A stretch of 23,014 nt of DNA from the IMG/VR virus record IMGVR_UViG_3300034375_009390; one strand, 5' to 3'. Of the stretch, positions 1 through 9,871 are shown piece after piece. Positions within the stretch are counted from its first letter, which is position 1; each line of letters begins with the position of its first letter. Origin of the DNA: an uncultured virus (IMG/VR IMGVR_UViG_3300034375_009390). Its lineage: Duplodnaviria; Heunggongvirae; Uroviricota; Caudoviricetes. The translations under genes and the position numbers were made by a program. Under the pieces are notes generated by a model that saw nothing but the letters and a program-made list of their open reading frames with translations, ran no database searches and was not told the DNA's origin.

Positions 1-169
1 CGTCCCCTTCTGATTCATAATCTACGTAAATATTTATTTTTACCTCTAGTTCATACTCTAAATAAGCACGAATAGTGTTAACTAGCGAATTTATACGTTT
101 TAAAGGCTGGTGAGCCGTTATTGCGACCCAGACACGTGACCCAGCGAGCGTGGAAGTGTGAGTTTTCAT
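1..169 (-). CDS. Hypothetical protein, 5' part only (runs off the window start); possibly glycosyltransferase-like
   Basis: ATG at 169-167 overlaps the terminase TGA (TGATG coupling). Open frame MKTHTSTLAGSRVWVAITAHQPLKRINSLVNTIRAYLEYELEVKINIYVDYESEGD to the window edge. Not in the ORF track. Confidence 0.7.
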   Translation of the reverse strand, partial: MKTHTSTLAGSRVWVAITAHQPLKRINSLVNTIRAYLEYELEVKINIYVDYESEGD

Positions 170-1689
170 CAGTACTCGATTGAAAAGTTGCCGCGACGCT
201 GTAGAAATGTAATCAACCAAGTGTACGCGTCTAACAAATCGTCATGAGCTGTAGCACCAACGTTGATCAACTGGTCAAAGAGGCCATCAAACTTACGATA
301 TTTGTTAAAAGTCACCTTTTTATTCTCTAACAACCCGAGAGTGCCTCTAAATCTAGCAATTTTATCCCCTCGGAAACCCTTGACTTCGTGAATATGGAGG
401 TTACTAAGGCCACGCTCGTTCAAAAGTACGCGGCGGAGGTCTGCTGCGAGGGATGCTTGGTAGGCAACAGACTCAACTACAAGCGTAATCGTGGAATATG
501 TCGGGAAAAATTGCCCATCTTGCTGAGCTAAAATTCCCCACTCCAGCAGCATATCGCACAGCATGTCTATTTTTTCAAGATTTCCGATAGATCGACACTG
601 ATGTGCATCAATAATGTAGTAATTGTCTTTAAGACGACCACCTAACACAAAAGCTGTGTAATCGCTTGTCTCGTTTTTACTCGCTGAGAGGTCAATACCT
701 ACCGCCAAACTGTCGAACTCGGTAACAACTTCACCCTTAATAAGTAGATCTGGCGACACAACCAAGTCGGAGGTCATCACGGGCTGTTGTTGATACTGAT
801 ACGCGAACGCAACAGGGTCAAGCTCCTTCTGACCGAGCAGATAATCGGCGCTCCACTGTTCTGGCCAATAGCTGACAGGTTCGCCACGATCGTCGTACGT
901 AATGGCTTCCTGCGTTACTTGTTTCCACCCTTTCTCCGGAATGAACATCGTTTTATGGATGTCCAACGGATGGAACCGAGTTCCAAGACAAATTGATCGG
1001 CCACCCTCAAAAATAATCGGCGCGATCACAGAGCTCCAGTTGTTATTCATCTCATCCCTAATAGCAGGGTTTTTAATATCTGCACTCGACTTAATAGGGT
1101 CATCTACGATAACAATATGAGCACGTTTTGACGTAATAGAGCCGCGGAGTCCGGCAGCACGCAACGTAAACTCTTCGTCACCGAGCCTAGGGATACCGGC
1201 ATAGTCAAAGTCGATCGACCAACCGATGTCAGACTGCATACCCGAACGCAGTTTGACACGAGGAAATACTTTACGATACTCAGGAGAATCAATAATTTGC
1301 TTGATAATACGGCTCTTAGGGATAGCTGTAGCAATGTTGTACGAGCAGTAAATAATTTGGAGAGGTCTTTTTGCAGTCGTGTGTCGTCCGATAATCCACG
1401 CGGTGAACAAGTTGAGCACAGTCGATTTCGCTGAACCCCTTGGCGCGAGGATGTCAAGATTTTGTCCAGCGATATCTAGCAAGTATTTGTTGGACTCCCC
1501 GGTAATCAAATGACGGTGCCACTCCAACATATGACGTGCAGGAGTTTTGTCTAAAATAGTACAGAACGTATGGAAATCGTTAGCTGCTCTAGTGTATATG
1601 GTATCTACTGTGCCGTCGTTTTTTTCCGAAGCTTTTTTGGCTTGAAGCTGAGCGCTGCGGCGGTAAGCGAAAGAGGCACGGCTAGGCAT
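169..1689 (-). CDS. terL: Phage terminase large subunit
   Basis: 506 aa. Walker A-like APRGSAKST, Walker B HIVIVDDP, coupling motif LGTRFH, nuclease-domain acidic motifs VGIDLS, DYTA and HDDLLDA. Confidence 0.93.
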   Translation of the reverse strand: MPSRASFAYRRSAQLQAKKASEKNDGTVDTIYTRAANDFHTFCTILDKTPARHMLEWHRHLITGESNKYLLDIAGQNLDILAPRGSAKSTVLNLFTAWIIGRHTTAKRPLQIIYCSYNIATAIPKSRIIKQIIDSPEYRKVFPRVKLRSGMQSDIGWSIDFDYAGIPRLGDEEFTLRAAGLRGSITSKRAHIVIVDDPIKSSADIKNPAIRDEMNNNWSSVIAPIIFEGGRSICLGTRFHPLDIHKTMFIPEKGWKQVTQEAITYDDRGEPVSYWPEQWSADYLLGQKELDPVAFAYQYQQQPVMTSDLVVSPDLLIKGEVVTEFDSLAVGIDLSASKNETSDYTAFVLGGRLKDNYYIIDAHQCRSIGNLEKIDMLCDMLLEWGILAQQDGQFFPTYSTITLVVESVAYQASLAADLRRVLLNERGLSNLHIHEVKGFRGDKIARFRGTLGLLENKKVTFNKYRKFDGLFDQLINVGATAHDDLLDAYTWLITFLQRRGNFSIEY

Positions 1690-1743
1690 ATCAATAAACT
1701 GACAGTACTGCTATATTGATTGTACTAGAAACTCAAACCAAGC

Positions 1744-2916
1744 ATGACGAAAATTCTTTGGTACGGAGATGCTTGCAGTAACACAGGATTCGGTCGTGTA
1801 ACACATAGTGTTCTGGAACATTTAAGTAAAGATTATGAAGTGTGCGTTTTAGGTATTAATTACACGGGGGATCCGCACTCGCATCCCTACAAAATCTACC
1901 CAGCCGGTGCGGGTGGCTCCCAGGATAGGTTTGGAATCAACAGAATCCCGGAGATCCTACAAAAAGAAAAACCCGATGTCGTTATCTGTCTGAACGATAT
2001 CTGGATCGTCAATCAATTTTGGGAGCGGTGTCATTTCCTTAAGGACGATCTGAAGTTTAAATTCATCGCTTACTTCCCGGTAGACAGCGAAAGTTACTAC
2101 CCAGACATGCTGCAGCACATGCCCTTCTGGGATCTCGCAATCACGTTTACCGTCAACTGCGCTCACAGAATCCTGTCGCACAAAATCAATGTGCCACGCC
2201 TGGGGGTTCTTCCTCATGGCGTGGACAAGGATCGTTTCTATCCGATCGATAAAAAAGACGCCCGCGAACAGCTTGGTTTGCCTCTAGATAAATTCATCGT
2301 ATTTAACGGAAACCGTAACCAGCCCCGTAAAAGAATTGACCTGACGATTCAGGCGTTTGCCGAGTTCGCGAAGGACAAGCCTGACACGATGCTCTACTTA
2401 CATATGGGGGCGAAGGACCTTGGATGGGACGTCATGCCTCTGTTCCACCGCGAGATGTCGAAACGCGGCCTCGACGACAAACATCGTCTCATCCTCACGT
2501 CACCTAACATGAATTACATGGATGCTCCTCCAGATACATTATTGAACACTATTTATAACGCGTGCGACGTGGGTCTGAACACAGCTGACGGAGAAGGTTG
2601 GGGACTCGTCAGTTTTGAAAGCGCCAGTTGCCGTAAACCGCAGGTTGTTCCGAATCACACAGCGTGTAAAGACATTTGGGAGGGAGCTGCTCAACTCGCG
2701 GAAATCGCCACGTGGGTAATCGACAAAGATCTCGGTGTTGAGCGAGGGCTTGTAGATGTTCAACACACCTCTCGGTTACTTACTGAGCTATACGAAGATG
2801 ACACGATTTACGCCGAAGTGGCTGATGCCTGCTACGCCGTAACTCAACGCCCCGAGTACCGATGGGAATCCGTCGCGATGGGTTTTTCTAAAGCTATTTC
2901 CGATCTTTCTGTTTGA
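1744..2916 (+). CDS. GT4 (GT-B fold) glycosyltransferase
   Basis: N-terminal KILWYGD..NTGFGRV, PHGVD, RNQPRKRIDL, and C-terminal EGWGLVSFE (EX7E) motif. Confidence 0.9.
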   Translation: MTKILWYGDACSNTGFGRVTHSVLEHLSKDYEVCVLGINYTGDPHSHPYKIYPAGAGGSQDRFGINRIPEILQKEKPDVVICLNDIWIVNQFWERCHFLKDDLKFKFIAYFPVDSESYYPDMLQHMPFWDLAITFTVNCAHRILSHKINVPRLGVLPHGVDKDRFYPIDKKDAREQLGLPLDKFIVFNGNRNQPRKRIDLTIQAFAEFAKDKPDTMLYLHMGAKDLGWDVMPLFHREMSKRGLDDKHRLILTSPNMNYMDAPPDTLLNTIYNACDVGLNTADGEGWGLVSFESASCRKPQVVPNHTACKDIWEGAAQLAEIATWVIDKDLGVERGLVDVQHTSRLLTELYEDDTIYAEVADACYAVTQRPEYRWESVAMGFSKAISDLSV

Positions 2917-2919
2917 GCT

Positions 2920-4002
2920 ATGCAAACTTCACATCGTTTTTACCACGCGTATAGCGACGTTCTGTTTCCGGTTAAAACGCACGCCCCGGGAACACCGACT
3001 GTTTATGAACAAGCCGAAATGCTCGGCGGAAAGTTCACTCGCATTGTGAATGGACTCCCGGAAAACACAATTGCCAATTTCAACCCCTCTGTTATTCGTT
3101 ACAACGGGACGAATTATGTAGCTTGGCGGTGTCAGCCTCAGCCGTTCGGCTTTAGGCACGACATGAAATACTTCTACCTAAACGGACAGCCGAATGAAAT
3201 CTACGTCGGTATTCTTGGTTCCGATGACGCGAGCCTGATCGGAACCAAAAAACTGCGTCCAGGTAAGCACCGACTGAGCTACGAAGATCCTCGTTTATTT
3301 AAGGGTCCGGATAACCAGCTTTACGTTCAGTTTGTCACTTCAACGTACGCAAGCAGGTACGACACCAAAAATTACAAGTTGTTCCACCAACCGAAAGTTT
3401 CGGTGTGTTGGATCAACGAGAATTTTGAAGCGGTCCAGTCAGCCACCCCTCCGATTGGAGAGAATCTTGTCCCCGGTAAACCCGAAAAGAACTGGTGCTT
3501 CTTCACGCGAAACGACGAGCTGTCGTGTCTTTACTCGACGCGTCCCCTAATTGTGGAGAGCGAGAAGAGTCCCAGGATTGAGCTGGACACACAAGTATTA
3601 GATACGGTCACGAACGGTGCGCCTACTTTTAACTCCACGGCGCCTATCGATCTCGGGTACGGGTACCTTATTTTTTACCACTGGAAACACACTGCGTTCG
3701 CTCCGAGCGGCAAACCTTATCTTCTGTACCATGTAAGCGCTTACATGGTTGATAAAAACTTCGAACAAGTTACATACGTAGTAGATCGCCCACTATTTAC
3801 AGGTTCTCTAAATGACCGCGTAATCGAATGGACCGACTTGGGAGGTAATCCTGTGTCAAATCAACCAGCGGTTATCCTCCCGTTCGGAGCCTACGTCGAT
3901 GGAACCGAGTTAGTTATGTCCTTAGGAGTAAACGATGCCTTTATGGGTATTTTCCGGACTCAACTGGAGAACGTTATGAAGCTCTTAGAGAGAGTGGATT
4001 AA
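2920..4002 (+). CDS. Beta-propeller glycosidase/phosphorylase-like protein (GH130/GH43-like)
   Basis: FNPSVI, YEDPRL, EKNWCFF, VILPFG and LGVND motifs resemble five-bladed propeller GH130-like proteins; follows the GT4 gene after 3 nt. Confidence 0.6.
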   Translation: MQTSHRFYHAYSDVLFPVKTHAPGTPTVYEQAEMLGGKFTRIVNGLPENTIANFNPSVIRYNGTNYVAWRCQPQPFGFRHDMKYFYLNGQPNEIYVGILGSDDASLIGTKKLRPGKHRLSYEDPRLFKGPDNQLYVQFVTSTYASRYDTKNYKLFHQPKVSVCWINENFEAVQSATPPIGENLVPGKPEKNWCFFTRNDELSCLYSTRPLIVESEKSPRIELDTQVLDTVTNGAPTFNSTAPIDLGYGYLIFYHWKHTAFAPSGKPYLLYHVSAYMVDKNFEQVTYVVDRPLFTGSLNDRVIEWTDLGGNPVSNQPAVILPFGAYVDGTELVMSLGVNDAFMGIFRTQLENVMKLLERVD

Positions 4003-4529
4003 GACTTCTCTTCGTTCTCCATCGTGGACCAAACAAGCAGCGAGGCGTCCTCTAGTAAAGCTTGGACGCCTGGCTGACCATCAAACGTTTGAACAAGTTC
4101 CCGAAGACAACGATCAGCGCCAGCGAGTAATAAACCACGGCGATCAAGGCCGTCGGAAATAGACCGTACCGCCTGAATGTGACTGCGAAGCTCTTTTTGC
4201 AGCGCCGATATTTTAGTGGCTGCGGTAGCATGATCTAACATTTGATTTTGAGTCATATCTCGCACATTACGAATATCCAGTTGAAGATCATCAATCTCGC
4301 GCAGCAAAACTTTTCGAAGATCCTCTTTTGGATACTTTTCCTGGATCCAGGCCGTAAGGTCCGAGATACTTCCAGCGTAAGCAGGCTTCAGAAATCGAGC
4401 ATAAAGATAAGCTTCAATGTCTGATGTAGCGTTTTTTGCATAATATACAAACGCGTCTTTTTGGGCCTTGTCGAGCGAAGATAACCACGAGGCAACCGTG
4501 GTGGAGTCTCCGACTGTTGATTTGATCAT
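3999..4529 (-). CDS. Hypothetical helical/coiled-coil phage protein
   Basis: 176-aa ORF; start overlaps the upstream stop (ATGA); no recognised motif. Confidence 0.75.
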   Translation of the reverse strand: MIKSTVGDSTTVASWLSSLDKAQKDAFVYYAKNATSDIEAYLYARFLKPAYAGSISDLTAWIQEKYPKEDLRKVLLREIDDLQLDIRNVRDMTQNQMLDHATAATKISALQKELRSHIQAVRSISDGLDRRGLLLAGADRCLRELVQTFDGQPGVQALLEDASLLVWSTMENEEKS

Positions 4530-5278
4530 GCGAATGCTCGCTGTCCTGCCATCGCCATTCCAGCACCGAATCGCTTCATCGCCAACTGACCTTCGACTTG
4601 ACCACGTTGCAGGGCTAAGGCGTTACGTGTATCTTCTTGAGCTTTGGCGATATTTAGATTCGTCTGAGTTGTGGCAAGCACTTGTTGATTACGAGTCTTC
4701 GCGGCTTCTAAACCAGTCTGAGCTGCTGCTGTAGCAGTGGGAAGAAGTAACTGAGTTTCGCCTTGAAGACCTGTTTGCTGCAACGCACCAGCCGTGGACC
4801 CAAACTGTTTAGTAAGAGCTGCAGCGGTTTCAGGACCAAGCATTTCGGTTGCAAGTTTTGCTTTACCAGCAGCCTCGCCAAGACCGATAGCACTGCTAGC
4901 AAGTTGGGAAGCAATACCGGTTTGTAACCCAGCTGAGGTTAGATCTTTCTGCCGAGCGACATCAAACTGACCTAAAGCACTCTCAAGCCCCACAGTTGCA
5001 CGATTACCGAGAAGACCAGAGTAGAGACCAGTCATAGCCGCTAAGTCTTGGCCAGCCAGAGTCGTTTTTACTTGCCCTGGGACTAAACCAGCATAGAGAG
5101 AAGAGAAGTCGGCTTGACCTCCTCCACCCCCTCCCATAAAAGCACTACCTAAAGATCCGAGTCCACTTAAAGCGGACCCGACTCCAAACAGAGTACTACC
5201 GAGTCCGCCGGCTGCGGCAGCTCCTCCGCCCCCCGCGAGAAGGGGCATTCCCATAGCAGCAGCAAAAGGAACAGCCAT
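4526..5278 (-). CDS. Ala/Gly/Gln-rich protein, putative internal virion/DNA-ejection protein
   Basis: 250 aa; hydrophobic Gly-rich N-terminus followed by an A/Q/T-rich helical region. Function inferred from composition only. Confidence 0.55.
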   Translation of the reverse strand: MAVPFAAAMGMPLLAGGGGAAAAGGLGSTLFGVGSALSGLGSLGSAFMGGGGGGQADFSSLYAGLVPGQVKTTLAGQDLAAMTGLYSGLLGNRATVGLESALGQFDVARQKDLTSAGLQTGIASQLASSAIGLGEAAGKAKLATEMLGPETAAALTKQFGSTAGALQQTGLQGETQLLLPTATAAAQTGLEAAKTRNQQVLATTQTNLNIAKAQEDTRNALALQRGQVEGQLAMKRFGAGMAMAGQRAFA

Positions 5279-5280
5279 GA

Positions 5281-6000
5281 TTATTTCCGTGAAGTACGGA
5301 TGTTAAAAGGTTGCATAGACGCTTTATAAATTTCAGCGTAATTAGAAAGGTTCGGGGTCATTGCAGACACCGTAGCTAAACCAAGGGCCATCTGCTGACG
5401 AGCGTTGGCTTCAATCTGGGCGGCTTTAATGTCCCGCCACGCCTGGATATTCTGACGTTCAATCTCGGCAGCTTGCTTTTGACGCTCACGTGGAGCACGC
5501 AAGGCACTAAGAACCGAAGCAGCTTCGATTAAGTTACGAGTCTTAATCCGGCTAATTTCTTGCTGATACTCTGGGTCAGCGTATCGATCTAGGCGTTCTA
5601 ATACAGCCGAAGTAATAGGCTCCTGCTCTTGCTTAGCGCCTTCTCCCTCTAACGTCGGACCTCCTTCTGGGGTAGTGACTTCGGGACCTGTTTCTGTACT
5701 AACTTCCGGAGCTGTAGGCTCTGCTTGTTCCAGAGTCGGCTGTTGAGCAGCTGAGGGCGCAAAGCCCTTCGGGTACTCACCAGTTACTTGTTTGTAAGAT
5801 TCAGGGCTCTGGTAACCGTAATCTTCGCCTGCGTAATAAACCGGTTTACCGCCTAGCTTTGCTTCCTGGCCGAGGGCCGGTTTCCCAGATTGAGTAAAGA
5901 ACTGCGCCGCATTGATACCCAACCGCGTAGGATACGTAAAAGGAAGCGTAGTAAACGGAAAACTACTAAGGCGGTCTTCTAAAAACTGAAGAGGATCCAT
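5281..6000 (-). CDS. Hypothetical protein (acidic Pro/Glu linker plus helical C-terminus), putative virion protein
   Basis: 239-aa ORF preceded by GGAGG Shine-Dalgarno (plus-strand cctcc 6011-6015). Confidence 0.7.
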   Translation of the reverse strand: MDPLQFLEDRLSSFPFTTLPFTYPTRLGINAAQFFTQSGKPALGQEAKLGGKPVYYAGEDYGYQSPESYKQVTGEYPKGFAPSAAQQPTLEQAEPTAPEVSTETGPEVTTPEGGPTLEGEGAKQEQEPITSAVLERLDRYADPEYQQEISRIKTRNLIEAASVLSALRAPRERQKQAAEIERQNIQAWRDIKAAQIEANARQQMALGLATVSAMTPNLSNYAEIYKASMQPFNIRTSRK

Positions 6001-6015
6001 TGTCCAACAACCTCC

Positions 6016-6570
6016 TTAGGTAGGCCCAGCAATCGATTGCAGGACGTTGCTGTTATCCAGTCTATCCTGCGCTAAGACGTTCTTAATTGCGGAATCAAGA
6101 ACATTTTGAGCAAAATCGTAAGAGGATCCGACACGTTCGCGCTGGATATCCCCAAGAGATTTAACTTCAGTCTGCTCAATCGCAGCTCGGCCACGGGCTA
6201 ACTCATTAAGATATTCGTACTGCCTCTTCAGCTGCTCCATCTGCATCTGACGTTGATTCAGGCTCTGAGCTTGACGCTCTAAGCGCTGCTCAACGCCGCC
6301 CATAAATTCTCCTGGACTGGCTAAATCAGGTAAATCAAACCCGAGACTATTTAAAAGATTGCGTTTGAACTGCTCGTTAGCGTAATACTGAGAATAAGCA
6401 AGCTCGGGAGCAGCGCCTTGGAAATACGGTTTATTGACTGAAGACGCAGCCACGTCGTATTGAGACGGTGCGGCAGCGGCGGAGGCAGGCCCAGCTACTT
6501 TGTTGGCAACAATATCCGAAAGCAAACTCATTAAGAATTGCCCAGCGGTAGCAACAACGGGAGCAGCCAT
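6016..6570 (-). CDS. Hypothetical Ala/Gln-rich protein, putative virion protein
   Basis: 184-aa ORF, coupled to the upstream gene by a TAATG overlap. Confidence 0.7.
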   Translation of the reverse strand: MAAPVVATAGQFLMSLLSDIVANKVAGPASAAAAPSQYDVAASSVNKPYFQGAAPELAYSQYYANEQFKRNLLNSLGFDLPDLASPGEFMGGVEQRLERQAQSLNQRQMQMEQLKRQYEYLNELARGRAAIEQTEVKSLGDIQRERVGSSYDFAQNVLDSAIKNVLAQDRLDNSNVLQSIAGPT

Positions 6571-6803
6571 TAGGACCCAGCGGGATTATCGTAAGAGGTT
6601 CCCTTAGGAATCTTCTTACTTGATTTTACACTCTGCCCGTCTTCTTGTGGAAGAATACCAAGCATCAACTGATTCTTTGAAGGTAAAGAAGCAGTCTGTG
6701 GAAAGTTAGAACGAATGTATAAACTTAAAAAAGATGTGGGATTAAGATCCGGGGAATCTTTCCGGACATCAGCCTCCCGAAGCTGCTGCTCGCGAACGTT
6801 CAT
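6570..6803 (-). CDS. Hypothetical protein
   Basis: 77-aa ORF fitting exactly between neighbours in the minus-strand operon. Confidence 0.65.
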   Translation of the reverse strand: MNVREQQLREADVRKDSPDLNPTSFLSLYIRSNFPQTASLPSKNQLMLGILPQEDGQSVKSSKKIPKGTSYDNPAGS

Positions 6804-6804
6804 G

Positions 6805-7308
6805 TCAACCTAATTCCTGATACTGTACAGAAGCAGGGACGGTAGAGCTAGAAGGAGCGTTTAAAACAGAATACTGTCCACCGTAATTTGGCAGGTCGTA
6901 TTCAAGAGGACGCTGACGGCTGAGGTATTCAGCCCCCTCATCACCTTCAGCGTTTAGGTTTTGGATGAAATCCAGGAACATCTCCATGAGATTAGGATCC
7001 TGGAACAGCATCCCAATCAGCTGCTGAAGCTCAGCTTCATCCGAGGGGGATGAAGCGGTAGCTTGTAAACGGTGCATCAGCTGGCCACGCACCTCTGGCT
7101 GGGCTGTGTTGGGGTAACCGTTCAGAGAGCGAGTCGGGGAAGTCATGATCCCGTCCCCCTCCATGCCAGGCATCGGAGGAGCAGCCCGGTGGAAGTTACG
7201 AAGAACAGCAGCGGTCATTGGCGCTGCAGCGGCCATCTCAGCCGGAGTCTTCGGGCAGGGGAGCCCTAAAACCCGAGAAGCAAACTCGTAATCTTGAGGG
7301 CTAAACAC
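6805..7308 (-). CDS. Hypothetical protein
   Basis: ORF track 6805..7347; GTG at 7308 (MFSPQDYEF...) preferred because it minimises overlap with the HTH gene. Confidence 0.7.
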   Translation of the reverse strand: MFSPQDYEFASRVLGLPCPKTPAEMAAAAPMTAAVLRNFHRAAPPMPGMEGDGIMTSPTRSLNGYPNTAQPEVRGQLMHRLQATASSPSDEAELQQLIGMLFQDPNLMEMFLDFIQNLNAEGDEGAEYLSRQRPLEYDLPNYGGQYSVLNAPSSSTVPASVQYQELG

Positions 7309-7570
7309 CAGAACATACCGCCTCTGTTGCTTCCATCTTAGACGCAATCCGGAGAATATCGCCAGGCTGCACGTCTAAAACTAAACAGATGCGTTCTAGA
7401 ACTTCGGGTGAAGGAATGTAAAATTTGTCTGAGTAGATCTTCCGCGTGGTTGTAGGAGATAGATCAGATATTTTGCTGAATTTAAAAGACGTAATATTTT
7501 TATCGTCCAGAACAGACCGTAACGTATTGACTAATCGACCTTCCGTTGGGTAGGAGGAGTAAAAAGGCAT
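7301..7570 (-). CDS. Cro/C1-type (XRE/HTH_26-like) transcriptional regulator
   Basis: LRSVLDDKNITSFKFSKISDLSPTTTRKI...PSPEVLERICLVLDVQPGDIL is a typical XRE HTH pattern. Confidence 0.85.
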   Translation of the reverse strand: MPFYSSYPTEGRLVNTLRSVLDDKNITSFKFSKISDLSPTTTRKIYSDKFYIPSPEVLERICLVLDVQPGDILRIASKMEATEAVCSGV

Positions 7571-7598
7571 CGCGCTGCCCTAAGTATCAGTATCTTAA

Positions 7599-7922
7599 CT
7601 ATATCTCGACTAAGAAGGATTTATCCAACTCTGCGTCCAAAATAAGAGTGTTGCAGCTCAAGGCATTCAGTTTATACCAAGCTAACATGTCGTAACCAGA
7701 CTCCTCACCAAGTTTCTTTATATTGCATAGTAAAGGTCTGTCGTCATATACACTGCACAAACCGTTTTCTAGCTGTAAACAAGCTCCGTTTTGATCGGTA
7801 TCATAAGGAAAGTCCTGAATAGCCTTGTACATAGTAGGTATATCTTTATAACTCTCAACGTTGTTTTTAATCTCCTGAATTTTCTTACAGCAGAGCCCGC
7901 AGCTAGTACAAGGGAAATCCAT
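7599..7922 (-). CDS. YkgJ-family cysteine-cluster (Fe-S/Zn) protein
   Basis: FPCTSCGLCC ... GACLQL..GLCSVYDDRPLLC. Confidence 0.85.
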   Translation of the reverse strand: MDFPCTSCGLCCKKIQEIKNNVESYKDIPTMYKAIQDFPYDTDQNGACLQLENGLCSVYDDRPLLCNIKKLGEESGYDMLAWYKLNALSCNTLILDAELDKSFLVEI

Positions 7923-7924
7923 GA

Positions 7925-8692
7925 TCAGAAACCCAGATTCTTCGCACGAACAAACTCAAGATTGTAAGTAGTGAGACTTACAGGAAGAGCTTCGTTATTG
8001 AACGGATGTGGGTAAACCTCCCCCTCAATATGAGCTTGCCACGCTGGACTCCATTTGGCGTGCAAGTAGTGTTTGTTCATCTCGTGAGCAATGTGGATTT
8101 TCTCGGCTAGTGCAGGCTCGCTCCGCCAAGTTTGAGATCCGTCAGCGTAGTCACCGCACGTTTCACCATGGAAATAGGGGACGCCTACAGACATATGTCG
8201 TTTTAGTTCTTTATGCTTAAAACGCATCCCATAGTCCATATCTTCACAGTACGCAGGATATAGGTTTTCGTCGAACAGACCGTACTGCTGTACAACCCAG
8301 TCTTTAAGTAAGAAGATATCCCAACTACCGTTCTCCCCATGGACGATCCCGACTTCAGGATCCTCGGCATGAGACACCATGGTCTTTAAAAACCCAGGTG
8401 TATACATCAAATCGTGATTAGTTATTAACCAATACGGAGCGTTCATAAAGCACTTAATTATTAAATTCCACGCTCCGGAGCACCCGATGTTGGCGGGCAT
8501 GTGACACACGATCACATTTTTAACGTACTTGTGAGGGAGCTTAGGAAGCAGATCAAGCTCTTCTGTAATTTGGTTACGTCCGTTATTATTAAAAACTACA
8601 AAAGTATCTACAGGGTAATCTATGCTGTAAAAAAGTCTGTAAACCCAATGAGGAGCATTAACGACTGCGGTGCCTAGAACGGGTATAGTCAT
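7925..8692 (-). CDS. GT2-like (GT-A fold) glycosyltransferase
   Basis: NIGCSGAWN, ITNHD and GLFDENLYPAYCEDMDY motifs. Confidence 0.8.
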   Translation of the reverse strand: MTIPVLGTAVVNAPHWVYRLFYSIDYPVDTFVVFNNNGRNQITEELDLLPKLPHKYVKNVIVCHMPANIGCSGAWNLIIKCFMNAPYWLITNHDLMYTPGFLKTMVSHAEDPEVGIVHGENGSWDIFLLKDWVVQQYGLFDENLYPAYCEDMDYGMRFKHKELKRHMSVGVPYFHGETCGDYADGSQTWRSEPALAEKIHIAHEMNKHYLHAKWSPAWQAHIEGEVYPHPFNNEALPVSLTTYNLEFVRAKNLGF

Positions 8693-8735
8693 GACAAATT
8701 AAAGCTGCTAGCATGTTAACACCGTCTTAGATTCA

Positions 8736-9476
8736 ATGGCTGTCTGCGTCTGGAACCCAGAGTTAGATCAAATCACAGCAGCACAAGGGCTGACATTCCT
8801 GATGCACAGAGACGATTCCGCTCAGTGTCAGATGCACAATGTGGGCGTTCCCGAAGCAGCGATCATCAACTGGGCAAAAGAGCAGTTCGGGGACAAAACT
8901 AAAACCTTCGTTGACGGAGGAGCTCACATGGGTGTGTACTCCGTGATGCTCTCAGACAGCTTTAAAGAAGTTCATTCTTTTGAAGCCCAACGAAGAACAT
9001 ACCTCCAGCTCTGCGGAAACATCTTTTTAAACGAGAAAGAAAATGTGCGGCCATATAACGTGGCCATAACAAGTCCACCCAAAGCAAACGAGATCACAAC
9101 GCTGTCAATCGTATCGCAAGATGGGGGCGGATCCACGATCTGTCCGCCACACGTGCCTGTGCTGGCTACCGAGAAAGTGAGCACAAAAACAATCGATAGT
9201 TATCGCATCGAAAATGTCGGTTTGATCAAGCTGGACATCGAAGGAAATGAGCTGAACGCATTAAAGGGGGCTCGGAGCACGATTGAACGCAGCAACAAGC
9301 CCCCGATTATTTTTGAAGCAAACAACGATGCGTGGTACGCAGAACAGAAAAAAGAACTGTTTAGCTACTTAAACGGAACTGGATACGACGTTATAGAGAT
9401 ACGACCTTTCGACAACATGTTTGTTGCTATAGAACGTCCAGAGTTATTAGATCAATCTTTGCCTCAGAGAACATAG
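8736..9476 (+). CDS. FkbM-family SAM-dependent methyltransferase
   Basis: FVDGGAHMG, VHSFEAQ, LIKLDIEGNELNALKGA and PPIIFE motifs. Confidence 0.9.
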   Translation: MAVCVWNPELDQITAAQGLTFLMHRDDSAQCQMHNVGVPEAAIINWAKEQFGDKTKTFVDGGAHMGVYSVMLSDSFKEVHSFEAQRRTYLQLCGNIFLNEKENVRPYNVAITSPPKANEITTLSIVSQDGGGSTICPPHVPVLATEKVSTKTIDSYRIENVGLIKLDIEGNELNALKGARSTIERSNKPPIIFEANNDAWYAEQKKELFSYLNGTGYDVIEIRPFDNMFVAIERPELLDQSLPQRT

Positions 9477-9870
9477 ATTTAGACATGTCGAAACTTTCAA
9501 GCCAGCGATCAGGAATCGTGGTGTTCGGCACAATCACGCGTCGAACACCAGCTTGGATTAAGAGTGTGCAACAACTGCTGCAGGGGATAAACGGCCACAC
9601 ATAAATGTCTGCCCCTGAAAGAGAGATGGCGTTTTTGGCAGCCTGGGCAACCGCATTAGCCTCCGCGTGGACCGTACGAAGGTATTTTTCGTTCCGGTTC
9701 TCAAGGCGACCGGGAAGATCTGCGACCCCTTGCGGAAAACCGTTGTACCCCGTCGCCAAGATACGACGATCCTTCACGGCGACTGAACCAACTTTCGTGC
9801 TGGGGTCTTTAGACCATTCAGAAATGTGTCTCGCTAGCTCAAGAAAGCGAGTGTCCCACTTGAGTGTCAT
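9427..9870 (-). CDS. dCMP deaminase (ComEB-like)
   Basis: WSKDPSTKVG, ATGYNGFP, HAEANA and PCSSC zinc motifs; ATG at 9870 preferred to TTG at 9879. Confidence 0.92.
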   Translation of the reverse strand: MTLKWDTRFLELARHISEWSKDPSTKVGSVAVKDRRILATGYNGFPQGVADLPGRLENRNEKYLRTVHAEANAVAQAAKNAISLSGADIYVWPFIPCSSCCTLLIQAGVRRVIVPNTTIPDRWLESFDMSKSMFSEAKIDLITLDVL

Positions 9871-9871
9871 G

